From a virus, in IMG/VR virus record IMGVR_UViG_3300025121_000045, positions 1 through 64,000 of that record: DNA of 64,000 nt; one strand, 5' to 3'. This document shows positions 1 to 10,009 of the stretch, piece by piece; position 1 is the first letter of the stretch, and every line of letters begins with the position of its first letter. A program made the translations under genes and the position numbers. The notes under the pieces were generated by a model. That model had not been told where the DNA came from. It searched no databases and was given only the letters and a program-made list of their open reading frames with translations.

Positions 1-1
1 T

Positions 2-121
2 CCTACTTTGAGAGAACAAATCAAGGATGGATCCATTCCTGAAGAGTTTATTGATTTACACAAATACCCCAAGTTTGGGACAGTCTTTATGAAGACTATC
101 AAGATGACTGAAGTGGAGTAA
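2..121 (+). CDS. 3' end of hypothetical protein (partial)
   Basis: Open frame from window edge (PTLREQIKDG...MTEVE*) ending TAA at 119-121. Confidence 0.5.
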   Translation, partial: PTLREQIKDGSIPEEFIDLHKYPKFGTVFMKTIKMTEVE

Positions 122-174
122 GCTATCTCTACGCTTCTTTTTCGTTATATAACCACAGCAACACGGGGCTCAAC

Positions 175-609
175 ATGCCTGGCTTTACTCGCACTTCGAA
201 GCATATGATCGAAGACCTTGGGGACACCCCTTTTGATATATCAGACCGCACTTGGACAGGCTCTTACGTTTCACTTGACGGGTGTATGGCGGGTCCTATT
301 ACTCTAGAGGATGTAGAGTCTGTAATACACCACTATGAGGATGGTGACCGATGGGATGGTAAAGAGCTTGTTGTATTAAAATTAAAAGATGGTCGATATG
401 TTGGCTATGAAACATGGTATGGCCCGACCGGATCCGGTTTTTTCCGTGACGCGTATGGTGGAGATGTAGACGTATGTTTTGCTAATGATTATCATGTTCT
501 AATGATCATGGGTATGGGAGATGAGGCGAGAGAGCGTTTCGAATATACCCCAGAGATCTTGGTGAATGTAGAACTCTTGAGTCGTATGGATATTATATTT
601 GACGAATAA
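175..609 (+). CDS. hypothetical protein
   Basis: 144 aa ORF with GGGG SD-like sequence upstream. Confidence 0.7.
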   Translation: MPGFTRTSKHMIEDLGDTPFDISDRTWTGSYVSLDGCMAGPITLEDVESVIHHYEDGDRWDGKELVVLKLKDGRYVGYETWYGPTGSGFFRDAYGGDVDVCFANDYHVLMIMGMGDEARERFEYTPEILVNVELLSRMDIIFDE

Positions 610-626
610 CTGAATAGAGGTTAGAA

Positions 627-839
627 ATGATGAGAGAAAAACTTATTGAACGTATTTTGAATATGTTCAATAATGAACATTATGATGAAGGTTACCCGGC
701 TTGTGGTACCTTACAAGACATTCAATTGTACAGTGACCTCCTAGAAGAGATCGTTACTTTTCAAGATTACCTTGAGGGCCTTACAGATGAAGGTCTAATA
801 GGCGTTTTTGAAAGTCAGTGTCGTCAAAAATATAGATAA
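627..839 (+). CDS. hypothetical protein
   Basis: 70 aa ORF with GAGG SD. Confidence 0.65.
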   Translation: MMREKLIERILNMFNNEHYDEGYPACGTLQDIQLYSDLLEEIVTFQDYLEGLTDEGLIGVFESQCRQKYR

Positions 840-852
840 ATCAAGCTTAGAC

Positions 853-880
853 CTCTTATTTTTTCATCTTGCCTAACGTT
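853..880 (+). promoter_or_regulatory. putative phage promoter CTCTTA-N18-CGTT
   Basis: Copy of a motif repeated in at least 14 intergenic positions with fixed spacing. Confidence 0.7.
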
Positions 881-903
881 ATTATCCTAACACGGAGGAT
901 AAT

Positions 904-1557
904 ATGATTGTAGGACATTTCAGCGATCTCCACGGCAACCTTAAAGAATTTCTTACGGGAACGGAGACCCCAGATCTTTGGGTTTGTACCGGAGACTTTT
1001 TCCCGAATGATTCTAGGGGCAATATTGAGATAGAAGTACCATATCAGACTGAATGGCTCTATCAGCCAGTAAGTAACAGTACACTTCTTGATACGATCAT
1101 TGAACGGTTGAGTAATAAGCCTCTCCTGTGGATTGCCGGAAACCATGATTATATCAACCTTGGTGAAGAACTCCGCAAGAAAGGTTATCCGGCTTATGAC
1201 ATAACCACCGATGGGGTTGAGGTACTCGGTATCAAGTTTGCCGGGTTTCGAGAAATCAACTATATCTATGGAGAATGGGCAGGCGAGACTCATGACTTTC
1301 ATGATATTGTTGAAGCCACTATTGCTTCGAACCCGGACATCCTTGTAACACACGCCCCTCCGGCAGACATTTTGGATAAACACCCGAGTGTCCCTCTGGG
1401 TTATGGTATAACTACCCTTGCAACCGCACTTGCTTGGAGTGAGCATAAGATCAAGGCTCATTTCTTCGGACATGTTCATGCCGGTTTTGGTACTACAGAA
1501 GAGATGAACATCAAGTTCATCAATGGCTCTAACCATGTTCGTTTTCACCTCGTTTAA
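904..1557 (+). CDS. calcineurin-like metallophosphoesterase
   Basis: Motifs SDLHG, TGD, GNHD, THAPP, FGHVH. Confidence 0.9.
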   Translation: MIVGHFSDLHGNLKEFLTGTETPDLWVCTGDFFPNDSRGNIEIEVPYQTEWLYQPVSNSTLLDTIIERLSNKPLLWIAGNHDYINLGEELRKKGYPAYDITTDGVEVLGIKFAGFREINYIYGEWAGETHDFHDIVEATIASNPDILVTHAPPADILDKHPSVPLGYGITTLATALAWSEHKIKAHFFGHVHAGFGTTEEMNIKFINGSNHVRFHLV

Positions 1558-1563
1558 ATCTCC

Positions 1564-1591
1564 TCTTATTTTCTAACCTCATTTTCCGTTA
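1564..1591 (+). promoter_or_regulatory. putative phage promoter CTCTTA-N18-CGTT
   Basis: Motif copy upstream of 1621 ORF. Confidence 0.7.
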
Positions 1592-1620
1592 TCCTTATAC
1601 ACACAACGGAGAAACCATCC

Positions 1621-2040
1621 ATGCTTAAAATGGTCAAACATTGTGAACATTGTCTTTGTCAAAAATGTACAAAGAACGACCAAAACGAAATTGGGAAACG
1701 GGCAGAGTTGCGTGTTAAAGCTGTACTAGAGGATATGGGATTTGAGGTACTTCTGGCGACTCGAGAAGAGGATAGAGAAGGTATTGATTTGTGGGTAGAC
1801 GGTATTCCTTTTCAAATTAAATCTGGAATGATGTATGGGGGTAAAAGACCTAAATATGAAGCAAGACATATGGTGGTTATTACAAGAGCGCATAAATCTC
1901 CTCAAGAACTTCCATATCGCATAGTCAAGACCTTAAAAGAATACATTCTACTTTATGGTGAAAATGGAGAAAGATTGAAGCCTCTATTAATTAAAGCAAA
2001 AACATCTATTGAAAGAGATAAAAATGGCACGAGTACTTAG
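1621..2040 (+). CDS. PD-(D/E)XK restriction-endonuclease-like protein
   Basis: GKRAE...D..GIDLWV...FQIKS pattern; N-terminal Cys cluster. Confidence 0.6.
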   Translation: MLKMVKHCEHCLCQKCTKNDQNEIGKRAELRVKAVLEDMGFEVLLATREEDREGIDLWVDGIPFQIKSGMMYGGKRPKYEARHMVVITRAHKSPQELPYRIVKTLKEYILLYGENGERLKPLLIKAKTSIERDKNGTST

Positions 2041-2248
2041 TGACAAACCTGTTGGTGCTTTCGAACGAGTCTGTCCGGGCTGTCATTATCGAATTGAATT
2101 CTGTGGCGCGGATATTCGAGAAGGTTCGGACCCCGATGATGGGGATCGATGGAAATATGTGACATGCCCGAGACGAGAATGTCGTCGAAAAATAGACCTC
2201 CTTGTTGAAGAACGAGAACGAGCCAAGTACGAAGATATGGATCTTTAA
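2009..2248 (+). CDS. small zinc-ribbon protein
   Basis: CPGC and CPRREC pairs. Confidence 0.55.
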   Translation: MKEIKMARVLSDKPVGAFERVCPGCHYRIEFCGADIREGSDPDDGDRWKYVTCPRRECRRKIDLLVEERERAKYEDMDL

Positions 2249-2304
2249 GAAATCTTCCTACACTTTTAAAATAAGCCTCTTGTAACATACATAAGAGGCT
2301 TATT

Positions 2305-3111
2305 ATGAATATTCACGCTGTTAGCGATCTGCATCTTGGTAAACAAAAATGGCAAGGTAGAGGGAAAAAAGACCTCAACTCTCTTATGTCAATAGAAGAC
2401 ATTGACATCCTTTATTGTGGTGGGGATGTCGGACAAACTTTCCTAGATTTTCAAGAAGCTGTTCTACTTCTCTCTAAGATCAAAGCAAAACATAAACTAT
2501 GGGTCTGTGGGAACCATGACCTGTATATGGCCAAATGCTCTTTATTATCTTATGAGCAAGAGATACAAGACTTAATAGAAGAAGCCGGATTCAAACTATT
2601 AGATCTGTCGCCAGTAGTCATAAATAGAACTGCTTTTGTTGGTAATATAGGATGGTATGACGGATCCTTATGGAAACCCTCTCAAAGAGTAGACGATAGA
2701 TACCCAAATACCTACCAAGATACTGCTGTACGTGCTGAGAAGGCTTTCTCTTCGGCTGAAGACTACGGATTAATACCTAAAGGCTATACCAACCTGCAAT
2801 TTTTCAATTTGGTGCAGTCAAGGCTTAGAGAGCATCTTGACTTTGTATCTAAGGACTCTTCTATTGATAAGATAGTATTGGGTACACATTTTGTTCCTCA
2901 TGAGGACTTTCTGTTATATGAGAATACCTCATCTTTTGATTATGAGAACTGGTTCATGGGATTTGATGGAAGAGATTTGTATAAAAATTATTCAAAGATA
3001 GTACAAGGGCTGACTGGGCATACTCATAGACATCACACAGTTTATATGTCTGGTGTGCCTGTACAAAATATATCAGGATGGAATCAACCGACGATTGTGA
3101 GCATACCATGA
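2305..3111 (+). CDS. metallophosphoesterase
   Basis: SDLH, GGD, GNHD, THFVP, GHTH motifs. Confidence 0.9.
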   Translation: MNIHAVSDLHLGKQKWQGRGKKDLNSLMSIEDIDILYCGGDVGQTFLDFQEAVLLLSKIKAKHKLWVCGNHDLYMAKCSLLSYEQEIQDLIEEAGFKLLDLSPVVINRTAFVGNIGWYDGSLWKPSQRVDDRYPNTYQDTAVRAEKAFSSAEDYGLIPKGYTNLQFFNLVQSRLREHLDFVSKDSSIDKIVLGTHFVPHEDFLLYENTSSFDYENWFMGFDGRDLYKNYSKIVQGLTGHTHRHHTVYMSGVPVQNISGWNQPTIVSIP

Positions 3112-3602
3112 TTTTGATTACCGATGTAAAATACGATGAGGACAATCATACAGCGAAAGCTGTTGGAGTATTATTTGAAAATTGGACTGACGAAAGACAC
3201 GTCAGGTCTCATTATGTTATTTTAGATGGTTTTGGACCGTATGTACCAGGAGAGTTCTATAAACGAGAGTTGCCGTGTCTACTATCCTTGTTAGAAGAAA
3301 TTCCAGAACCTTTGGAAGCTATAATTGTTGACGGGTATGTAGACTTGGAACAAGATCATCCAGGTCTGGGAAGACATTTATATAATGCAATATCCCAGAA
3401 AACCATGGTCATAGGTATTGCAAAAAGCAGGTATGCTTCTGCAAATGCTATTCAAATTTTAAGGGGCGACAGTAAGAATCCATTACATGTTACCTCTACC
3501 CAAGATGTTGAAGTTATATCTCAAAAAGTTAAGAGTATGGCAGGTCCATATAGATTGCCTTACATGGTAAAATTAGTAGATCAATTGACTAGAGAGATAT
3601 AA
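3108..3602 (+). CDS. nfi: endonuclease V-like protein
   Basis: DVKY, YVPGEFYKRELP, VDGY, PGLG, IGIAKS motifs; ATG at 3108 overlaps upstream stop. Confidence 0.85.
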   Translation: MILITDVKYDEDNHTAKAVGVLFENWTDERHVRSHYVILDGFGPYVPGEFYKRELPCLLSLLEEIPEPLEAIIVDGYVDLEQDHPGLGRHLYNAISQKTMVIGIAKSRYASANAIQILRGDSKNPLHVTSTQDVEVISQKVKSMAGPYRLPYMVKLVDQLTREI

Positions 3603-3869
3603 ATGCTTGAAGATATTGAAAATGAAGAAATAGAACTTGGTCCATGGGAACCATGTCTTGACAATCACAATTGGATAATTGCGGTCGGGTGGGTCGGAAG
3701 ATATAGATGTGCAGAGTGTGGATCATTGGGGTATAAGAAACATGTTTTGGGCGGTAACATAAAGAGAAAACCGGTCGTAGCTATATATGTATGTCCAAGA
3801 TGTAAAGGCCCTACAACACGATATTCAAGGAAGGCTCAAGCATGTCCGAAATGCCAACAAAACCAATAA
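3603..3869 (+). CDS. zinc-finger protein
   Basis: Three CxxC pairs. Confidence 0.6.
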   Translation: MLEDIENEEIELGPWEPCLDNHNWIIAVGWVGRYRCAECGSLGYKKHVLGGNIKRKPVVAIYVCPRCKGPTTRYSRKAQACPKCQQNQ

Positions 3870-4354
3870 GACCAGAAATAAGTTATAAGACTCCAATTTG
3901 GGCACATTATAATGGGGTTGAAAATCTTACAGTTCAAATAGGGTCTGTCACAGAAGATTTTTATTCACGTAATGACTTTGATGACCCAAAGTATACCCAA
4001 TTATTAGGGTTGTTAGACATTCCTTTAGATGGAGATTGTGACGATGAACCTTGGTATCCAGACATTCCTCTTGAAGTTTTAGAAAAATTTTCCGAATTAT
4101 ATGGGTGTGTTCGATCTACTGTTAGAATTGCATTCCATGCAAGTTCTTTTGAACTACATATGTTTATAGGTGGCACTATTTTACATTCGGAAGAAGAATG
4201 TAAAATAGTGTTAGAAAAAGAAGAACAAGCAAAATTAGAACACAAAGAGAAGTCTAAACAATATGAAAAAGACCTACGTCAATATAACATAGACCTAGCA
4301 AGATGGAAATTAGACCAAGCAGAACAAGACCTAAAGAAGTTAGAATCACTCTGA
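3842..4354 (+). CDS. hypothetical protein with C-terminal coiled coil
   Basis: 170 aa ORF in operon. Confidence 0.65.
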   Translation: MSEMPTKPIRPEISYKTPIWAHYNGVENLTVQIGSVTEDFYSRNDFDDPKYTQLLGLLDIPLDGDCDDEPWYPDIPLEVLEKFSELYGCVRSTVRIAFHASSFELHMFIGGTILHSEEECKIVLEKEEQAKLEHKEKSKQYEKDLRQYNIDLARWKLDQAEQDLKKLESL

Positions 4355-4388
4355 TTACAGGTCGTTCACAATCGTTTAGAGGGATATT

Positions 4389-4607
4389 ATGAAGAAGCTG
4401 TTGGTTCTATTGACTTTAAGTTTAATGGCATGCACACCCAAGGTCATAGTGAAAACAGAGCCTTGTAAAGTTGTTGAGCCCGTAAAATCAGTTAAGACTC
4501 CATATCTTTGCTCTCCGTTTTCGAGGAGAGCTGTAATGTGTGAATTTTACGATGGTGGATTTTTTGATATTGTCACATGTAGATGTAGCAATGATTTAAT
4601 ATGGTGA
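4389..4607 (+). CDS. predicted lipoprotein
   Basis: MKK + hydrophobic stretch + LMAC lipobox; promoter motif at 4349-4376. Confidence 0.65.
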   Translation: MKKLLVLLTLSLMACTPKVIVKTEPCKVVEPVKSVKTPYLCSPFSRRAVMCEFYDGGFFDIVTCRCSNDLIW

Positions 4608-4610
4608 TAA

Positions 4611-4982
4611 ATGCCCACGTTCAAAATCAGAAATGACAAAGGTGAATACAGCAATGGCAAAACCTCTCTAAGGTTTACCAATAGGGGCAAAGCCTGGTCT
4701 TCTAGAGGAGCTGTAAGTCTACACCTTCAACATGTAGACTACACCAAGCATAATTGTGCTATTGTAGAATATGGTGATACAGGTGGTGTTACGGAACACT
4801 CTATGATAGAGTGGAGATCAGAATTACAAAAAAGATCAGAAAAGAGGAATGCTGTCAAAGAGATTAAAGGGCTTCAAGCACAGATAGACAATCAACAGAA
4901 AGAATTGAAGAAAAGAGAAGACTCTCTTCGTAGGATGAAAGTCAAATGGGAAACTTTAACTGGGAATAAATGGCCGTCATGA
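4611..4982 (+). CDS. hypothetical protein
   Basis: 123 aa ORF; N-terminus resembles the 57514 ORF (FKIR...GK.W/YS). Confidence 0.65.
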   Translation: MPTFKIRNDKGEYSNGKTSLRFTNRGKAWSSRGAVSLHLQHVDYTKHNCAIVEYGDTGGVTEHSMIEWRSELQKRSEKRNAVKEIKGLQAQIDNQQKELKKREDSLRRMKVKWETLTGNKWPS

Positions 4983-5320
4983 GTGCGGGTAAAAAAGCAA
5001 CTAGAGATAAATTCCGAACAGACGTATTCACCAGAGATAGATATACATGTCAGGTGTGTGGAAAGAAGTGGACTCCAAATGATGAAGACCCAGATCTCCA
5101 TCGCATCAATTCTCATCACATTTCTGATAGAACGACCCTGCCAAATGGGGGATATGTAAAAGAAAATGGGATCACGGTATGTGAGCAGCCTTGTCATCTG
5201 AAAGTTGAACAATTTCATTTGACAGGTTCGGCACTTCCAGGTCTTCACCCAGATAACTTATATGCAATTGTAAAATCCAACAAAGACCTAGCCTTTCGTA
5301 AGTCTCTCCAACTTTTATAA
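4979..5320 (+). CDS. HNH endonuclease
   Basis: RDRYTCQVCG...HHI...NGITVC..CH. Confidence 0.85.
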   Translation: MSAGKKATRDKFRTDVFTRDRYTCQVCGKKWTPNDEDPDLHRINSHHISDRTTLPNGGYVKENGITVCEQPCHLKVEQFHLTGSALPGLHPDNLYAIVKSNKDLAFRKSLQLL

Positions 5321-5432
5321 ACTATTTACTGCCTAAAATCAAAGTATTTTTAACTGTATATGGGTTTGTCCATTAACGAATCCAAGGTAATACTTCATTT
5401 GTATCCGACTCGAACTATACAGGAGAAAACAC

Positions 5433-5876
5433 ATGCCAGATCAATCCTCACAAACACCCATGAGATTTGAAGATAGGTACTCTGTTAATAGCCTAGAGTT
5501 ATTGCTTTTAGAACAGAAAAGCATAGCTGCAAAGCTTGATAATTTAGACAGATCTGTCCAAGAATTGAATCTAACTTTTCAACAAGCAGAAATATCTCGA
5601 AAGAGAGAATTAGAGTTAACCCAAAGATTATTGGATGAAGATAGAAGATTCAGTAAAGATATAGTCCGTCAGGATCGGGAAACTGTACAGAAAAATACTC
5701 AAAGAGATATAGAAAAGAGAGAAACAAACAGAAAGGTTTTGATAAATATTGGTTCATCTATTTGGGAGAAAGGTGGACAGTGGATAGTAGCCGCACTATG
5801 TTTTTTGATAGTGGTAAAACTACAATCTTGTGCTGGGGGGTTGGATTTAATTAAACTCATAAGTGTGACAAAATAA
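5433..5876 (+). CDS. coiled-coil protein with C-terminal TM segment
   Basis: AGGAG SD; stop overlaps the response regulator start. Confidence 0.7.
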   Translation: MPDQSSQTPMRFEDRYSVNSLELLLLEQKSIAAKLDNLDRSVQELNLTFQQAEISRKRELELTQRLLDEDRRFSKDIVRQDRETVQKNTQRDIEKRETNRKVLINIGSSIWEKGGQWIVAALCFLIVVKLQSCAGGLDLIKLISVTK

Positions 5877-6286
5877 TGACAACACATAAAGTTATGTTGG
5901 TCGAAGACCGTCCTCAAGACATGAGGTTAACTGTTAGAGCTTTAAAAAAAGCTGGGTATGACGTTGATGTTGTTATGGCAAGCCATGGCAAAGAAGCTGT
6001 TGATATGTTAGATGCGGGTTCTAACCCAGATTTAATTCTTCTAGATTGGAGATTACCGATCATGTCGGGAGAAGAAGTATTAAAGTATGTACGATCAAAA
6101 GAAAACATGAATATCATACCTGTAATAGTATTAACCACCAGTAGTGATTCCGAAGATGTTGATGTTGCGTATAGATCCGGGTGTAATGCATATCTCACTA
6201 AACCTGTAAACACTACAGAGTTTGACGACACAATCGAGGCTTTGGGGTTGTTCTGGCTTAAGAAAGTAATTCTACCTAAAAGATAA
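5876..6286 (+). CDS. single-domain response regulator (Rcp1-like)
   Basis: LLVED-like start, DLILLD.RLP, VLTTS, NAYLTKP, FW. Confidence 0.92.
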   Translation: MTTHKVMLVEDRPQDMRLTVRALKKAGYDVDVVMASHGKEAVDMLDAGSNPDLILLDWRLPIMSGEEVLKYVRSKENMNIIPVIVLTTSSDSEDVDVAYRSGCNAYLTKPVNTTEFDDTIEALGLFWLKKVILPKR

Positions 6287-8568
6287 TGATAATGAAACAA
6301 TTTAGAATATTGATAGTACTCCTACTAACATCTTTATTTTTAGGTTATGGAACTTTGGGGTTATATAACATTCAATGGTTCTCTAATAGTATAAGCCCTT
6401 TCTGGGCTCTCGCATTAATTTATATAAGTGGTACTTTATCTTTTTTCACATACTCTGCTATATCAGTCCAAATAATTTATCTCACAAGAAAATATAAATC
6501 CGAGATAGGTAAGAGCAATACCTGGGTCTTAATTTTCTTAGCTTTATTCTTATTTTTGTGTGGTGTTGGACATTTTATAGACGCTACATATATATCTAAC
6601 AGGTCAGTAGACAGTATAAAAGCACTTGGTAAAGTAGCAGCCACTCTTACGACGTTGACAACAGCACTTTTATTTTGGCCACTAGCAGTAGCTGGAGTAA
6701 ATGCTTTTTATGCGCTTAAGAAAGAGCGAGACTCTTATGAATACGAAGCTTTTAGATGGACGAACCTTCCTGGTACTCTCATGGCTACTCAAAAATTACA
6801 AGACCCTAATGGATGTTATTTATGGGTCAATAAAGAATGGGAGACCTTATTAGGATGGACTAGTGAAGAAATGGCCTCAAGACCTTGGAGAACGTTTGTA
6901 CATCCTTCGGATGTACCTATCTGTTCGAATATAGATGGATCAAAGATAGCTTTACCTACGTGCATGTCTGGGTACTTGATTAGATACAGACATAAGGTAG
7001 ATAATCAAGATGGGAGTCCTAGATGGGTATGGACTAGATGGGACGCGGTAGCGTTCCAAAGCACAGGACTGGTATATGGTAGTGCTAGAGATGTAACGGA
7101 TCAAATAGAGGCATCTAGAGAAGCTAATATAACCAGAGCTCACTTAGATAACTGGCTTACAGTCTTTCCAGATTTATTGGTGACTGTAATTTTAGACGAC
7201 ACACCAGTAGAAAAGAAAAGATATTTATGGGTAAGTCCATCTTGCGAAAATTTACTAGGCTGGACCCCGGAAGAGCTAAAGGATGTTACCCTTGTCTCTT
7301 TAATACATCCAGAGGATTTTAATAGTTTCTTGAAAGAATATGCACGGTATGATAACCAATCAGAGGATAGGGTATCCAAGATCACTTTTAGACAAAGAAT
7401 AAAGCATAAGAATGGGGAGTGGAGATGGATAGAGTGGTCCGGTGTTTCTGACCATGATCTCAAAATGACTTATAATGTAGGCCGCGACATAACTGAAATG
7501 GTACATAGACAACAGTCTTTAGAGATGTCAGAAAATAGATTTAAGTCTGTCATGCACAATGCTCCTATAGGGTTAGCCCTTATATCTATAGATGGAAGAT
7601 GGTTAGATATAAATTTTTCTTTGTGCAGTATTGTTGGGTATGCTCAACAGGACTTATTAAAAAAGTCTTTCACAGAAATAACACACCCTTTAGATCTTAA
7701 TACGGACAAAGAGTTGATAAAAGATTTGATATCTAGAAAAATATCAAAATACCAAATAGTGAAAAGATGCATACATAAAAAAGGCCATATTATAACACTA
7801 GACATAAGCACGAGCCTGGTTTGGACTGGCGATATACCCCAACATTTTATATTACAGGTTAGAGACCTAACTGAAGAAGTTAAACAACAAGAAGAAATAG
7901 AAAGTCACATTAGAGACCTGGAACAGTTCGCTTCAGTAGCTGCTCATCAATTAAAATCTCCACCTAGAACCATATATGGTATGGCTCAAGCCTTGTTAGA
8001 AGACTATGGCAATGTAATAGGAACTGATGGAAAAGTGTTTCTAGAAGACATAAAACAAGATGCTGAAAACATGGCAGAAGTAGTAGACGGTTTATATAGG
8101 TTCTCTAAGGTACGTACATCTAGCGATATTGAAAAAGAAAATGTTGATTTGAATAAGGTTATTAATGCTATCTGTTCTGTACGTAAAGAGCAAAGTAAAA
8201 GTATCTCTGTAAAGGTACTAAATGTGTTACCAATAATAACCTCAAATAAGATACTGATACAAGAAGTGTTCTATAATCTCATAGACAATGGGTTAAAGTT
8301 CAATAGTTCAGAAGAACCTTCAATAGAAATAACTTCTGAAGACGCGGAGTACAGCCATGTCATATCCGTGAAAGATAATGGCATCGGAATACCTCGGGCC
8401 TATTATCCTAAATTGTTCAAAATGTTTGAAAGATTACACCCTACTTATCCAGGTACCGGTGTAGGACTTTCAGTAGCCGCTTCTATAGTTCAGAAACTAG
8501 ATGGAAAAATAGAAGTAGAATCAGAGCCTGGACAAGGTACTACATTTATTCTATATTTTCCGAAATAA
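6286..8568 (+). CDS. membrane sensor histidine kinase: ethylene-receptor-like TM domain, 3 PAS/PAC, HisKA, HATPase
   Basis: CGVGH TM motif; HP.D PAS motifs; H-box AAHQLKSP; NLIDNGLKF, DNGIGI, GTGVGL boxes. Confidence 0.92.
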   Translation: MIMKQFRILIVLLLTSLFLGYGTLGLYNIQWFSNSISPFWALALIYISGTLSFFTYSAISVQIIYLTRKYKSEIGKSNTWVLIFLALFLFLCGVGHFIDATYISNRSVDSIKALGKVAATLTTLTTALLFWPLAVAGVNAFYALKKERDSYEYEAFRWTNLPGTLMATQKLQDPNGCYLWVNKEWETLLGWTSEEMASRPWRTFVHPSDVPICSNIDGSKIALPTCMSGYLIRYRHKVDNQDGSPRWVWTRWDAVAFQSTGLVYGSARDVTDQIEASREANITRAHLDNWLTVFPDLLVTVILDDTPVEKKRYLWVSPSCENLLGWTPEELKDVTLVSLIHPEDFNSFLKEYARYDNQSEDRVSKITFRQRIKHKNGEWRWIEWSGVSDHDLKMTYNVGRDITEMVHRQQSLEMSENRFKSVMHNAPIGLALISIDGRWLDINFSLCSIVGYAQQDLLKKSFTEITHPLDLNTDKELIKDLISRKISKYQIVKRCIHKKGHIITLDISTSLVWTGDIPQHFILQVRDLTEEVKQQEEIESHIRDLEQFASVAAHQLKSPPRTIYGMAQALLEDYGNVIGTDGKVFLEDIKQDAENMAEVVDGLYRFSKVRTSSDIEKENVDLNKVINAICSVRKEQSKSISVKVLNVLPIITSNKILIQEVFYNLIDNGLKFNSSEEPSIEITSEDAEYSHVISVKDNGIGIPRAYYPKLFKMFERLHPTYPGTGVGLSVAASIVQKLDGKIEVESEPGQGTTFILYFPK

Positions 8569-8644
8569 TTCTAGTGAACCACTCTAACTATTCATCAAAG
8601 TCATTGTATTATATAGCACCACACATTAAGAAGGTTTAGACATC

Positions 8645-8692
8645 ATGAAACGCATTCGATACTATTATAAGTGGCGTAGAGCCCAATACTGA
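8645..8692 (+). CDS. leader peptide MKRIRYYYKWRRAQY (putative attenuator peptide)
   Basis: AAGAAGG SD at 8628-8634; stop overlaps alternative hairpins; codons match downstream tRNA set. Confidence 0.75.
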   Translation: MKRIRYYYKWRRAQY

Positions 8693-8800
8693 GGATGGTT
8701 TGCGACATCCTCAGTAGCATATAAAATTGCACTGAGGGTGAGATGATGTTGACCTACCAATATCGATCTTTAGAGTTCGATCTCTTACTCCCTCCAATTT
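8687..8800 (+). promoter_or_regulatory. mutually exclusive hairpins (attenuator-like)
   Basis: CATCCTCAGT (8706-8715) pairs with ACTGAGGATG (8688-8697) or ACTGAGGGTG (8731-8740); the latter can also pair with 8783-8793. Confidence 0.7.
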
Positions 8801-8864
8801 TTCTCTTACTTCTTAGCATAAGATAACGTTTATTTGTCATAACAACATTCAATTGAGATTGATT

Positions 8865-9095
8865 ATGTGGCATGATTTAAAACGTGTTGCAGAAGAGAAG
8901 TTTCTGGACACATCGGCTTTTGAAAAGTTTGCGATGGAACTGGAAAATGTATCTCGATACAGCATTTATAATTACCAGGTGAGCTCTTGGCATGTAGATG
9001 CTCTCGTAAAAGCGTACCGGGATCAGAGACCCAATTACGAGGCCGAATATGACCGAGTAGCTCAGGAGCAAATTGCAAAACGACGTGCTTGGTAA
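8865..9095 (+). CDS. hypothetical protein
   Basis: ORF behind promoter motif at 8803-8830. Confidence 0.6.
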   Translation: MWHDLKRVAEEKFLDTSAFEKFAMELENVSRYSIYNYQVSSWHVDALVKAYRDQRPNYEAEYDRVAQEQIAKRRAW

Positions 9096-9115
9096 TGTAA
9101 ACTATTTAATAATAT

Positions 9116-9150
9116 GGGGTAGCGCCAACGCGGGAGAGTTGGACTTGGCT
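9116..9150 (+). pseudogene. 5' half of a disrupted tRNA (Tyr-like D arm)
   Basis: GGGGTAG-CG-CCAAC..GTTGG-A-CTTGG-CT, then breaks off; no intact 3' half. Confidence 0.55.
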
Positions 9151-9216
9151 TTTTGAACTTAATATTACTAATCCGTTTATACTAAATATCTCCAAGTAGG
9201 TTCGATTGGAGATATT

Positions 9217-10008
9217 ATGAAAACATGTGAGTCGTGTTCTAATGAACACCTGGGTAATTATGGTTCAGGAAGATTTTGTAATGTAAAATGTTCAAGGTCC
9301 TTTTCAACTAAAGCAAAAAGACTTGAAATAAATTCAAAAGTTTCCAAAACTTTATCTGGAAATGAAAAGGATGTAGATCAGAAATTAAAATTACGAAATA
9401 GTCATTTAAAAAGACTTAGAGTGACAGAAAAAGTATATGAACATAAAATAAATGCAAATTGCTTTACAAGAGGCGGGAGCATTTATAATGTGGTGTGTAG
9501 AAATTGTTTATGTGATTTTGAAACAACTATAATAGAACAAGAGTTTTGTTCTAGTTCGTGTACCGCGACATTTAATCAAACTGGAAAAAGATTAAGTGAC
9601 AAGCATAAAAATTCTATTTCGGAAGCTCTAAAAGAAAAATATAAGGGTAAGATTTTTTCTGATGAGGAGAGGAAGATTTTATCTTTAGCAGTTGGATCTT
9701 ACACAAAGGGTAAATTCAAAAGCGGTCACATTAATTCTATATGGGATGGTTCCTCTAGAACACGATTAAAAATCTTGAAAAGATTAAATTGTAGTACAGT
9801 TTGTGTTTCGTGTGGTTGGGATAAAGATGAATGCGATGTTCATCATATAAGGGGAAGAAAAATAGAAAACCCACATGCACATTCCAATTTGATTTTACTA
9901 TGCCCAAACTGTCATAGATTAGTACATAAAGGTAAACTGTCTCTATTAGGTCTTAAAACATTAGAAGATTTGTTTCCTTCAAATTGGAAAGATATGTATT
10001 TTGGATAA
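9217..10008 (+). CDS. HNH homing endonuclease with NUMOD3-like region
   Basis: CVSCGW..DVHHI..H.NLILLCPNCH; SD buried in 11-bp hairpin. Confidence 0.88.
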   Translation: MKTCESCSNEHLGNYGSGRFCNVKCSRSFSTKAKRLEINSKVSKTLSGNEKDVDQKLKLRNSHLKRLRVTEKVYEHKINANCFTRGGSIYNVVCRNCLCDFETTIIEQEFCSSSCTATFNQTGKRLSDKHKNSISEALKEKYKGKIFSDEERKILSLAVGSYTKGKFKSGHINSIWDGSSRTRLKILKRLNCSTVCVSCGWDKDECDVHHIRGRKIENPHAHSNLILLCPNCHRLVHKGKLSLLGLKTLEDLFPSNWKDMYFG

Positions 10009-10009
10009 G

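Noticed and set aside
8734-8795. tRNA gene after the leader (GAGTTCGATCTC...CCA)
   Set aside because: No D arm, short T-loop, imperfect acceptor; treated as part of the leader switch or a remnant.
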